Below, in pieces: positions 1-8,450 of a stretch of DNA of 32,000 nt (position 1 is its first letter; every line of letters begins with the position of its first letter). The notes beneath the pieces were generated by a model. The model was not told the origin of the DNA, did no database searches, and worked only from the letters and a program-made list of their open reading frames with translations. Source of the stretch: Candidatus Omnitrophota bacterium. GTDB lineage: Bacteria; Omnitrophota; Gorgyraeia; 2-01-FULL-45-10. Location: assembly GCA_023818895.1 (NCBI GenBank), contig JAMWCX010000002.1, positions 360,001 to 392,000 on the forward strand, given 5' to 3'. Made by a program: the position numbers and the translations under genes.

Positions 1-987
1 CTATCTTTTTTCATACGCCGTATCCGGCTCCTTCTTTAGAAGCCTCTGCAGAATACTATCGAATGTCTTCTGGGCAAGGTCGAGCCTGTAAAGATAATTA
101 GGTTGGCTGGAATCAGCGCCTATCTTGGTATCGATAAAATAAAGGGAATTATTGCTGTGGTCATAATAGACGTTTCCGGGCTTTGAGTTAAACTTATAAA
201 GCGTAACCTTGTTATTCATCACGCTGGTTCCTATCTCCACCACTTCTATCTCCTTCTCGGTTATAACAATTATGTAGTTGGAACCAGGATACCAGAACGC
301 GTTGATTATAGGATCGGATGTCGTAAGAACCTCCTCGATCTTCACCTTCCCTTCTGGGCGGCTGAAGGTCTTCTCGGGGTAAAGATATATGATACAGACC
401 GTTGAGGAGGTATAATAAAGTATTCTCCTACCGTCAGAAGAAAATTTCCTGCCTATGATTCCTGAAGGCCAATTCGAATATGATGAAAGCCGCTTTAAAC
501 TGGTCCCGTCCATATTTGACCTAAATAAGCCTGATCTTTTCATATAGTATATATAACCGTTGTCGGAGACGAAGAAATCCGATATCCCATTTTCGTTTAT
601 CACTCTCATCTCCTGCTTTATCGGGAATAGCACAATTCGATCGGCCCTCGTCACCATGTTGGGCCGTATGACAATTTCTTTCTCCCAAGGATAAAAGCCG
701 TCTCGCCTAACCTCCACCTTGTATATACCGGGTTTAAGCTCCTCTATCTGGGCGGGAGTCACGTCAGGAAGCCTTCTTCCACTCAAATATATAGTGGCGC
801 CGGCAGGAACACTCTCCACATATAATATACCCGTTTTATATAACCGCAGGTTCCGGTAGTCTATCTGGTAGCCAAGGGCATAGGAAAGTATTATGGGAAG
901 CAGTATAAAGAATAATGCAACGCATAGATAAAAAGCTATGGCCCTCATTATCCTGTCGATTTTTCTCATTTCATCACCGCCCGCCAT
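1..987 (-). CDS. PEGA-domain protein with N-terminal membrane anchor and C-terminal TolB/beta-propeller-like repeats
   Basis: Complete 328-aa ORF with its stop at 1..3. Hydrophobic N-terminal helix AIAFYLCVALFFILLPIILSYALGY. PEGA-type segment VPAGATIYLSGRRL...PGIYKVEVRRDGFYPWEKEIVI. The start overlaps the end of the upstream ORF by 14 nt, which suggests operon membership. Confidence 0.7.
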   Translation of the reverse strand: MAGGDEMRKIDRIMRAIAFYLCVALFFILLPIILSYALGYQIDYRNLRLYKTGILYVESVPAGATIYLSGRRLPDVTPAQIEELKPGIYKVEVRRDGFYPWEKEIVIRPNMVTRADRIVLFPIKQEMRVINENGISDFFVSDNGYIYYMKRSGLFRSNMDGTSLKRLSSYSNWPSGIIGRKFSSDGRRILYYTSSTVCIIYLYPEKTFSRPEGKVKIEEVLTTSDPIINAFWYPGSNYIIVITEKEIEVVEIGTSVMNNKVTLYKFNSKPGNVYYDHSNNSLYFIDTKIGADSSQPNYLYRLDLAQKTFDSILQRLLKKEPDTAYEKR

Positions 988-2280
988 AAATGGATTCCGG
1001 CCGCCTGGCCGTCATTATACCGTAGAAAAGCTCCATATTCGAAACGTGTTTAACCTGCCTTACCTCTTTTATGGTGGAACAGATGGGCAATACCGTAAGC
1101 CGCAGAAGCCCTGAAAGCACAAATAGCGATAATAGTTTCTGGCCGAATATAGGCGGAAGATACCGCGCTATAAAACCGCCTGTGGCGGCGCCAGCGAACA
1201 TAGCTATACTGTTAATTGTATTGTAGTAAGCAATGCATCTGGTCCTCTTCTCAGGGGTCACCGCGTCATAGATGAAGTTAGACGAGCTCATATTAAACCC
1301 CGCCCAAAAAAACCGCCGAATATCTGTATCGCGATGAGATAAACTATATTATGGGAAAATACCCAGAGGACTGGTATAACAGGCAAAAAGTAGGAACTGA
1401 GGCGCAGGACGCGTCGATTTCCAACGTGGTCGGCATGGGCACCCCATACTCTCATCATCGCAAATATCGTCAGAGTTGAGGTCATCGTTACGATAGTGTA
1501 GGTCAGATAGTCGAATCTGAGGTCGCGCAGCATATATACCGCGAAGAATGGTCCTGACATAAAAACCGCAAAGTTGATCAGCGCGACGAATATGACAAAT
1601 CGCCCAAAATTAGAACGGGGTATTCTTCTCAGAAAATCGCGCATCGTAAAACGGTGTTCGTCTTTTATCACAAGACTAGGCTCGTACATCCTCGAAAGAA
1701 AATAACAGCAACCAAATCTTGCGGCACATGCTACGGAAAATATCAGAGTAAAACCCGCAATAGCCTTGGCTGAAAATCTTTTTGATATATGCAGCACCGC
1801 CCCTGCTATAATCATAGTGGCAATATTTGTGATACCGAGGACACGGTTACACCATCCGAAATACTTTCCGCGATCTCTCTCCGGTATGTAGTCCGACATG
1901 AGACTTGACCATGGCGGAAACGAGATGAGGCCCACAGCTATAAGAAAAGTATACAGGACTATAAGAGAAGGAACTCTCATCTGTTCCGCGATTAGATACG
2001 GTATGGCAATCACAGGTATCCACATAAGGGCCTGAAGAAAAACAGCCCATACGATAAGTTTCTTCCTTGAACCTAATCGCTCGCTTAATGCGGGACTTTT
2101 CATTTGTATAAGCGCTCCTGCAAGGTTAGGAAAAGCGGCAAGAAGGCCGACCATTCTGGCGTTGGCGCCCATGGCGATGGCATATGGCCCTATAAAAGTC
2201 TCGCTGCATCCCATCATGACATTCGCCAATATACCATCGAATAGCGAATAACGCAGGCTCTTTTTTATGAGCGTGTCCAT
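974..2280 (-). pseudogene. MFS-type transporter split into two ORFs (1288..2280 and 974..1291) by a single frame change at an A7/T7 run (1306..1312)
   Basis: Both ORFs are polytopic and hydrophobic. Together they total about 435 aa, a normal 12-TM MFS size. Reading one extra T at GGT TTT TTT GGG gives the continuous sequence ...QIFGGFFWAGFNMSSSNFIYD. The 0-frame stop lies 15 nt after the run. Confidence 0.7.
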
Positions 2281-3315
2281 CTATAACCTCGATATCCTTA
2301 ACTGCCCGCAGCCGGCATCGATATCCTCGCCCCTTGACTTACGATTTGTCACATGCACGCCGCTTTCTTTAAGCGTCGCAAGAAATACCTTAACATCTTC
2401 TTTGGAAGGTTCGGCAAAACCTTTGGCGCGTATTTTATTATAGATAATAGTGTTTACCTTGCACTTAAGCCCTTTAAGGAGCCTTGCAAGCTTCAGAGCA
2501 TCTTCTCGCGAGCAGTTAGCCCCTTTTATCAACACGTATTCAAAAGTTATCACCCTGTTTGTACGGTCGGTATATTCCCTGCAGGCGGCGATCAGTTGTC
2601 TGAGAGGGTATCTTTTGTTTATGGGCACAAGGTGAGAGCGAACCTTATCATCGGCTGAGTGAAGCGATACTGAAAGTTCGACCTGTAGCCCTTCTTCTGC
2701 GAATCTCCTTATACCCGGAATCAGGCCGCAGGTCGATACAGTGATCTTCCTGGCGCCGATATTGAAGGCATCTGGATCGTTTAGTACCCTTATACTTTTG
2801 ATCACGTTGTCATAGTTATCAAACGGCTCGCCTATACCCATGAAGACAATATTGGTGATTGAGGCGGATGGATTGTGGCCCTTTACAAATAGGACCTCAT
2901 CCACTATCTCGGATGTCTTCAGGTGACGAACGAACCCAAAGGGAGCGCTTGCGCAGAAAGAACAGGCGAACTTGCAGCCGACCTGCGTCGACAGACACAC
3001 AGTATTCCTGTTTGCCTCTGGCAGAAATACTGTCTCGATTGTAGAGGCGTCCTCCAGTTTAAGGAGATATTTCGTCGTTCCGTCTATAGTGGATCTCTTG
3101 GCATCAAGCATCACCGGATACGTTATGTGGAAACCCTCCTTTAGCTTGCGGCGCAGACTCTCGGGCAGGTCCGTCATGACATCAAAGGATTTCGCTCCGC
3201 CGTCTTTGTAAAGCCAGCGCCAGATCTGGGCAAGCCTGTAGGTCTCGGCGCCGCGGGCCTCCAACGCCCTTTCAAGCTCCTGTCTTGACAGGCTCTTTAT
3301 ATCTATCTTCTCCAT
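2281..3315 (-). CDS. rlmN: 23S rRNA/tRNA adenine-C2 methyltransferase RlmN (radical SAM)
   Basis: 344 aa. Radical-SAM CxxxCxxC motif (GCKFACSFCAS), GIGEP motif, C-terminal catalytic Cys context DAGCGQL, and an N-terminal region typical of the RlmN/Cfr family. Confidence 0.9.
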   Translation of the reverse strand: MEKIDIKSLSRQELERALEARGAETYRLAQIWRWLYKDGGAKSFDVMTDLPESLRRKLKEGFHITYPVMLDAKRSTIDGTTKYLLKLEDASTIETVFLPEANRNTVCLSTQVGCKFACSFCASAPFGFVRHLKTSEIVDEVLFVKGHNPSASITNIVFMGIGEPFDNYDNVIKSIRVLNDPDAFNIGARKITVSTCGLIPGIRRFAEEGLQVELSVSLHSADDKVRSHLVPINKRYPLRQLIAACREYTDRTNRVITFEYVLIKGANCSREDALKLARLLKGLKCKVNTIIYNKIRAKGFAEPSKEDVKVFLATLKESGVHVTNRKSRGEDIDAGCGQLRISRL

Positions 3316-3324
3316 CTCTCACTT

Positions 3325-3429
3325 TTAATATACTTTTTTCTTGGTAAGGATCTTGTAGAAACTGAATGCGGCAAGCGAAATTATAAAACACCATGACAGG
3401 ATAAGGAAGACCCATCCTGATATCTTCAT
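3325..3429 (-). CDS. 34-aa single-pass membrane peptide, candidate MetS-like small subunit of the upstream NSS transporter
   Basis: Absent from the supplied ORF track because it is under 60 aa. My hand translation is MKISGWVFLILSWCFIISLAAFSFYKILTKKKVY, ending in a TAA stop. Its ATG overlaps the TGA of the NSS gene as ATGA (3426..3429). It has one hydrophobic helix followed by a basic tail. Confidence 0.5.
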   Translation of the reverse strand: MKISGWVFLILSWCFIISLAAFSFYKILTKKKVY

Positions 3430-4982
3430 CTGTTCACCGCCTTTCTCTTCCTACCCCAGGCAAGCTTAACCATAACAGCAAGCGCTAAAAACAGGAAAAG
3501 CAGGAGTATTCTCGTTGCCATGACGAATGGCCTATCCGTCTCGGAAACATTCTTCATAGACATGATCGGTATCCACTCCTGCGCAAACCACATACCGAGG
3601 ATGAAGAAAAGGAATAATGGCGTGACATATTTTATTATGAACTTGTAGATCGCCGGCACTCTCATGTCAGCGCCGTGGTGTATTTCTTCCCAAGCGCGCT
3701 CCATGCCGAATACCCAGGCGAAGAGTATAACCTCGATGGTGGCAAACGCCACCAAGCAGAATGTGCCACCCCAGAAATCCAGTTCATTGATCACGCCGTT
3801 TCCCAAAAAGAATATAGACGGCTGGCACAATATAAAAGTCGTAATACCAAATATAAGAACGGCCTTTTTCCGCGTCAGATTGAACTCGTCCTCTAGAAAC
3901 GCGATTGCTGGCTGCGCCAGAGAGACGGCCGAAGTTATGCCTGCCAGGAAAAGGAGAAGGAACCACACGCAGCCGAAAAAACCGCCGAACGCTATCTTCT
4001 GGAATATTAGAGGCATGGTGACAAAACCAAGGTTGAAAGCACCGCCTTTCGCTATGGCGAGTATGTTTTCCGGCCCGAAGAAGGCGAAGGCGGCTGGGAT
4101 TATCATACTTCCGCCTATAATGACTTCGGCAAATTCATTCATGCTGACAGCCGACAATCCGGAGAGGACAACATCGTCTCCTTTGGAAAGGTAACTTGCA
4201 TAAGTAAGAATAACGCCTATACCCACCGAGAGCGTAAACAATATTTGGCCGGCGGCTGCAAGCCACACCTTGGCGCTTTTTAGCGCGCCTAGATCGGGAT
4301 TCCAGAGGAATCCGAGGCCATTTATGACATTCCAAGTTGGTCTTGTCGGATCAGGCGTGCCAAGCGCCAGGACTCTCAAGGCAAGAATTATTCCACAGAT
4401 AAAGAGAAGCGGCATGGCTATCCTGCATAATTTTTCTATTCCGCCCTTTATGCCGAAATATATAACCAATAGATTAAGAGCGAATGTTATAATAAAGAAA
4501 ATATAAGCCGGCCCGATCCCCGAAAAGTAACTGTTAGACTCCAGTCCTTGAAACCCTTTAAGAAAAGATTGCATCGCCCCTTCGGTAGTCGCTGTCGCGT
4601 ACCTGCCGGTAATAGCAAAGCAACTGTAGGCAAGAGTCCATGATTCTATGTAGGTATAGTAGATGAGTATGACCAAGGGCCCGAATATGCCTATAACCCC
4701 GAAATATTTTATGAAACGGTTCTTCTGCCACATGGTGTGGAACATCCCCGGCGCGGTGCCGTGGCCGAAACCGCCGCCGTAACGGCCTATGGTCCACTCG
4801 ACCCACATTAGCGGAAGGCCCAGAAGAAAAAGTGACACAAAATACGGTATCATAAACGCGCCGCCGCCGTTAGATGCCGCCTGGACCGGGAACCTCAAAA
4901 AGTTTCCGAGGCCTATGGCGCTTCCAGCCACAGCCATTATTATTCCAAGCCTCGTTCCCCATGTCTGACGTTTATTTGCCAT
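3426..4982 (-). CDS. Neurotransmitter:sodium symporter (NSS/SNF) family transporter
   Basis: NSS signature WGTRLGIIMAVAGSAIGLGNFLRFPVQAASNGGGAFMIPYF and a polytopic profile. I place the start at MANKRQTW (ATG at 4982) rather than the track's 5072, because the upstream gene ends at 4993. Confidence 0.9.
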   Translation of the reverse strand: MANKRQTWGTRLGIIMAVAGSAIGLGNFLRFPVQAASNGGGAFMIPYFVSLFLLGLPLMWVEWTIGRYGGGFGHGTAPGMFHTMWQKNRFIKYFGVIGIFGPLVILIYYTYIESWTLAYSCFAITGRYATATTEGAMQSFLKGFQGLESNSYFSGIGPAYIFFIITFALNLLVIYFGIKGGIEKLCRIAMPLLFICGIILALRVLALGTPDPTRPTWNVINGLGFLWNPDLGALKSAKVWLAAAGQILFTLSVGIGVILTYASYLSKGDDVVLSGLSAVSMNEFAEVIIGGSMIIPAAFAFFGPENILAIAKGGAFNLGFVTMPLIFQKIAFGGFFGCVWFLLLFLAGITSAVSLAQPAIAFLEDEFNLTRKKAVLIFGITTFILCQPSIFFLGNGVINELDFWGGTFCLVAFATIEVILFAWVFGMERAWEEIHHGADMRVPAIYKFIIKYVTPLFLFFILGMWFAQEWIPIMSMKNVSETDRPFVMATRILLLFLFLALAVMVKLAWGRKRKAVNR

Positions 4983-4992
4983 GGTTATATCC

Positions 4993-6309
4993 TTAATATT
5001 GCACCCTGCGCCTGTCCACAAGCCGAAGGAGTTTTCTGCCAGCTCGAAGGCTCCCGGCGGGATGACGCACAAATTCTATTTCAAAAGTTCCCAGTGAATA
5101 ATTCTTCCAGAGGTCAGGATAGCAGGACTTTATCCTGGAAAAGACCCTCTCTCTTAGCGTCTCATCCGCGCATCCGTTTCTGACCTCAAGATTAAGTTCC
5201 ATCACCTCTTTCATACCGCGTGATTTTATTACAACCTGCCAGTCGGTCGTCACGCAATCCACGCCTTTTAAGACATCTTCGAACATCAGCGGATAAAGAT
5301 TTCCACCGGAAGCCACAACCATCTCATCGCTTCTGCCCCGTAGCCTCTCAAGCTTTCGATACGGCAAGCCGCATTCACATATCTTGTCGGAAAGCCTGCT
5401 TATGTCCCTGTTTTTATAACGTATAAGAGGCATAGTGGTGCGGCCCAGGGTGGTGTAGGCGATTTCACCATATCCTTCCCTATCCGGATCGGCTATCTCG
5501 AGATAAAAATTGTTCTCATCGACATGGTATGCTTTGCATTCCTCAAAAGCCTCAAATCCGAGTATCCCCCCCGCTTCCACAGTACCATATACCATCCTCA
5601 CTCTCGCCGGCTTCCATACCTCCTCCATCCAAGCCCTCGCTCCCTCCGGCATATGCTCAGCCCCAGCTATAATGAACTTCAAAGGATACGAACCCTTCTT
5701 CTCCGCTATCTCGGTAAGTTTAATAAGCCAGGTGGGTTCACCCATGAGCACCGTAATATTATACACACCTATCCTCTTATAAACCTCTGCGGGGTCTATC
5801 TTTCCCGCGGCCAGCTCGAAAAAACATCCCTTTTCCAGTCCTTTATGGCTTATCAACCCGGGTATCCATATGCAAAAGTCGAAGGCATTAACTATCCTGT
5901 CATCATGCGTCACTCCGCCGAGGGCCAGCCCCGCGGCGTTGTATTTTCCGATCCGATCGATCTCGTCATAAGAGTAGTAGATCCTTTTATTCTTTCCCGT
6001 CGTGCCCGAAGACTCGAAAACTATCTGAGGTCTCCTGCAGAGAAAATCCTCGGCTCCGGAGATGACATCTTCGGGTGTTGTGAAAAAATCACCGAGATCT
6101 GAAGGAGTCTTGACCTTACGGGGGTCTATTCCCAAAAGGTCAAATTTCTTTCTGTAAAATTTCGAATGGCGATAAGCGTACCGTACCGTGTAACGAAAAA
6201 GCTCCGCTCGCTTCCAGTCGTAAACGCTTCTGGGGATCTTCCTGGCAAGGCCCGCTGAAAACCAAGGGGAAAAATTTAATGTTATATCGTCAAAGAATCT
6301 GGCGAGCAT
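4993..6309 (-). CDS. Phenylacetate-CoA ligase (PaaK) / F390-synthetase-like adenylate-forming enzyme
   Basis: 438 aa. AMP-binding motif FESSGTTGKNKRIYYS. The PaaK-family arrangement is present (IRYKNRDISRL, then a C-terminal small domain). Confidence 0.75.
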   Translation of the reverse strand: MLARFFDDITLNFSPWFSAGLARKIPRSVYDWKRAELFRYTVRYAYRHSKFYRKKFDLLGIDPRKVKTPSDLGDFFTTPEDVISGAEDFLCRRPQIVFESSGTTGKNKRIYYSYDEIDRIGKYNAAGLALGGVTHDDRIVNAFDFCIWIPGLISHKGLEKGCFFELAAGKIDPAEVYKRIGVYNITVLMGEPTWLIKLTEIAEKKGSYPLKFIIAGAEHMPEGARAWMEEVWKPARVRMVYGTVEAGGILGFEAFEECKAYHVDENNFYLEIADPDREGYGEIAYTTLGRTTMPLIRYKNRDISRLSDKICECGLPYRKLERLRGRSDEMVVASGGNLYPLMFEDVLKGVDCVTTDWQVVIKSRGMKEVMELNLEVRNGCADETLRERVFSRIKSCYPDLWKNYSLGTFEIEFVRHPAGSLRAGRKLLRLVDRRRVQY

Positions 6310-6315
6310 AGACTT

Positions 6316-7731
6316 TCAAGCAACCTGCCTTAAAGCCCTGTTAAGGGCCTCTTCAAAAAGCTCAACGCCAAGATTGATCTCTTTTTCCGTTACGAAAAGC
6401 GAGGGCGCAAGGGTAAAAACGTTCTTGTAGTATCCCCCTACGTCTAGAACAAGCCCGCGTTTCCGACCGCCGGCAGATAAGGTTCCGCTTAAACCTATCT
6501 CTTCTATGGCGTCGGTCAGAGGCTTATTCGGCGTGTAACCGTCCTTCTGGCACATTTCTATACGTAGCGCCAGCCCCAAGCCGTCAACATCACCTATCTG
6601 CGGATACTTCTTCTGGAGAGCCTTGAGACGGGAGATGAAATACTTGCCCTTCTTTGGCACCTCGGATGCGAAATCATGTTTTCCGATAAGCTTCATAGTG
6701 GCCAGAGCCGCCGCGGTGCCCAAAGGATTGGAAGAGAATGTGGAATGCGTGGAGCCGGGGCCGAAGACTTTCGGAGATATCAGCTTTTCTTTGGCCCATA
6801 AGCCGGAGATCGGATTCATGCCGTTAGTTAATGATTTTCCGAAGACGATGATGTCCGGCACAACATCAAAATGCTCAATGGCCCAGAATTTGCCTGTACG
6901 GTAGAAACCCATCTGTATCTCGTCATCCACAAATAATATGTTGTAGCGGTCAAGTATCGCTTTAAGACGCGAAAAATAATCTTGCGGCGGTATGACATAT
7001 CCGCCAGTACCCTGAATGGCTTCTACATAGAAGGCGGCAAATTCGCATGAACCGGTTTTTTTATTCACAACACCATAGTACTCGGTCTCGAAAAGCTTTT
7101 CGAACTGCTGGAGGCAGAAAAGGTTGCAGGTATCACGTTTCATAGCATAGGGACATCTGAAGCAGTAGGGATATGGCACAAAAAGCGCCCTGTCGCCGAA
7201 ATGGCCGTACTTTTCGCGATAACGATAGCTGGACGTTATAGCGGTGGCTCCGAGCGTCCGGCCATGGTAGCCGCCCATAAACGCAAACATAAGCGTCTTG
7301 CCGGTATAATTTCTTACGAGCTTAAGCGAGTCCTCGACCGCGGCCGAGCCACCAACGTTGAAGTGGACCCTTCCGGCCTCCTCGAAAGTCCTTTCCGACC
7401 TCTGCGCGATATTTGCGGCGAGAAGTATCTTCTCCTTATGAAGATACTGACAGGCCAGTTGCGGTAGTTTTTCGATCTGGAGCTTCAGGGCGTTTGAAAT
7501 GTCCTCATTACGATATCCGAAATTGACTCCGGAATAAAGCATCTGAAGATCAAGATACTCCGTACCCTTATCATCGTAAAGAAACGATCCCTTACAGCCA
7601 GCAAATATATTTGGCCTGGGCACATAGTGGACGGTATCACCCCACGAACAGTATCTTTCTTCTATCTTCAACAGCTCTTCAGTTGTAAGGGCCTCTTCTG
7701 CCTTGCGCCGCGCGATCTTATGTTTTTGCAT
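6316..7731 (-). CDS. Class-III (omega-type) PLP-dependent aminotransferase
   Basis: 471 aa. Motifs FVDDEIQMGFYRTGKFWAIEHF and VFGKSLTNG (the PLP lysine). Shine-Dalgarno AAAGGAGAG lies upstream of the ATG. Confidence 0.85.
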   Translation of the reverse strand: MQKHKIARRKAEEALTTEELLKIEERYCSWGDTVHYVPRPNIFAGCKGSFLYDDKGTEYLDLQMLYSGVNFGYRNEDISNALKLQIEKLPQLACQYLHKEKILLAANIAQRSERTFEEAGRVHFNVGGSAAVEDSLKLVRNYTGKTLMFAFMGGYHGRTLGATAITSSYRYREKYGHFGDRALFVPYPYCFRCPYAMKRDTCNLFCLQQFEKLFETEYYGVVNKKTGSCEFAAFYVEAIQGTGGYVIPPQDYFSRLKAILDRYNILFVDDEIQMGFYRTGKFWAIEHFDVVPDIIVFGKSLTNGMNPISGLWAKEKLISPKVFGPGSTHSTFSSNPLGTAAALATMKLIGKHDFASEVPKKGKYFISRLKALQKKYPQIGDVDGLGLALRIEMCQKDGYTPNKPLTDAIEEIGLSGTLSAGGRKRGLVLDVGGYYKNVFTLAPSLFVTEKEINLGVELFEEALNRALRQVA

Positions 7732-7790
7732 CTTTTCAGCTCTCCTTTGAATCCTTCAACACCCTCAGGATCAAAACTCTGAGACACCTG

Positions 7791-8447
7791 TCAAAGGTTT
7801 TTGAAAAACTTGTAAACGTCATTAAGGCTTTTTATGGGTATATATGATATATCTTCTTTCCTACAGTATCTTTCAAGGCTTCCCTTAGCGAAGACTATGT
7901 CCGCGCTTCTCGAAGGGCATACATCCGACAGCCCATCGCCGACATAGACGGTGATAGCGCCTTTGGCTATATTAGCCATCAGATTCGACTTCTTGCAATG
8001 CGCGCACTTCTTGCAATCGCTGTTCAAAAAGGGAAAACTCGGGATGAGCTTTCCTTTAGCAAGTTTCAGGCTGTTACAATAGAACCGCACGCCGGTTATC
8101 CCGTTATTTTTAAGCACGCGGCTTAGTATATAGCCGAAGTCATCACTCAGAATAACCGTCTTTATTCTTTTTGTTTTCAGAAAATTGACCAGTTTTTTGA
8201 AAGCAGGATCCAACTTCACAGTCTTAAGGTAGGTGTGGAGCTTCTTTTTCGTTATACGTATGCCTCGTATCTGGCCATCGAGACAGAGGCGCGAGCCTAT
8301 CTCACCCTTCTTCCACTTTCGCTCAAGCTCAATCCATCGGTCATCTTTCGAAAAGCGCTCCATCATATCATCGAGCACGTCGAAAGTGGTGATGGTATTA
8401 TCAAAGTCAAAAAAAACGACATATTTTTTTGCCGCGCCCTTTGACAT
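7791..8447 (-). CDS. HAD-IB family phosphatase, MtnX-like
   Basis: 218 aa. HAD motif I FFDFDNTIT and motif IV VGDGLSDV. The Cys cluster CKKCAHCK and the C-terminal FAKGSLERYCRKEDISYIP resemble MtnX-type (2-hydroxy-3-keto-5-methylthiopentenyl-1-phosphate phosphatase) proteins. Confidence 0.65.
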   Translation of the reverse strand: MSKGAAKKYVVFFDFDNTITTFDVLDDMMERFSKDDRWIELERKWKKGEIGSRLCLDGQIRGIRITKKKLHTYLKTVKLDPAFKKLVNFLKTKRIKTVILSDDFGYILSRVLKNNGITGVRFYCNSLKLAKGKLIPSFPFLNSDCKKCAHCKKSNLMANIAKGAITVYVGDGLSDVCPSRSADIVFAKGSLERYCRKEDISYIPIKSLNDVYKFFKNL

Positions 8448-8450
8448 CTT

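Noticed and set aside
3664-4194. A 176-aa plus-strand ORF antisense to the NSS gene. Similar antisense ORFs occur at 5524..6102, 8956..9372, 14140..14631, 18716..19129 and 20681..21088.
   Set aside because: Each lies entirely within a confidently assigned gene on the other strand. They have Ser/Arg/Pro-rich antisense-type composition and no Shine-Dalgarno sequences.
4983-5072. The 5' extension of the NSS ORF in the track (start at 5072).
   Set aside because: It would overlap the last 80 nt of the PaaK-like gene. The conserved NSS N-terminus begins at MANKRQTW (4982).
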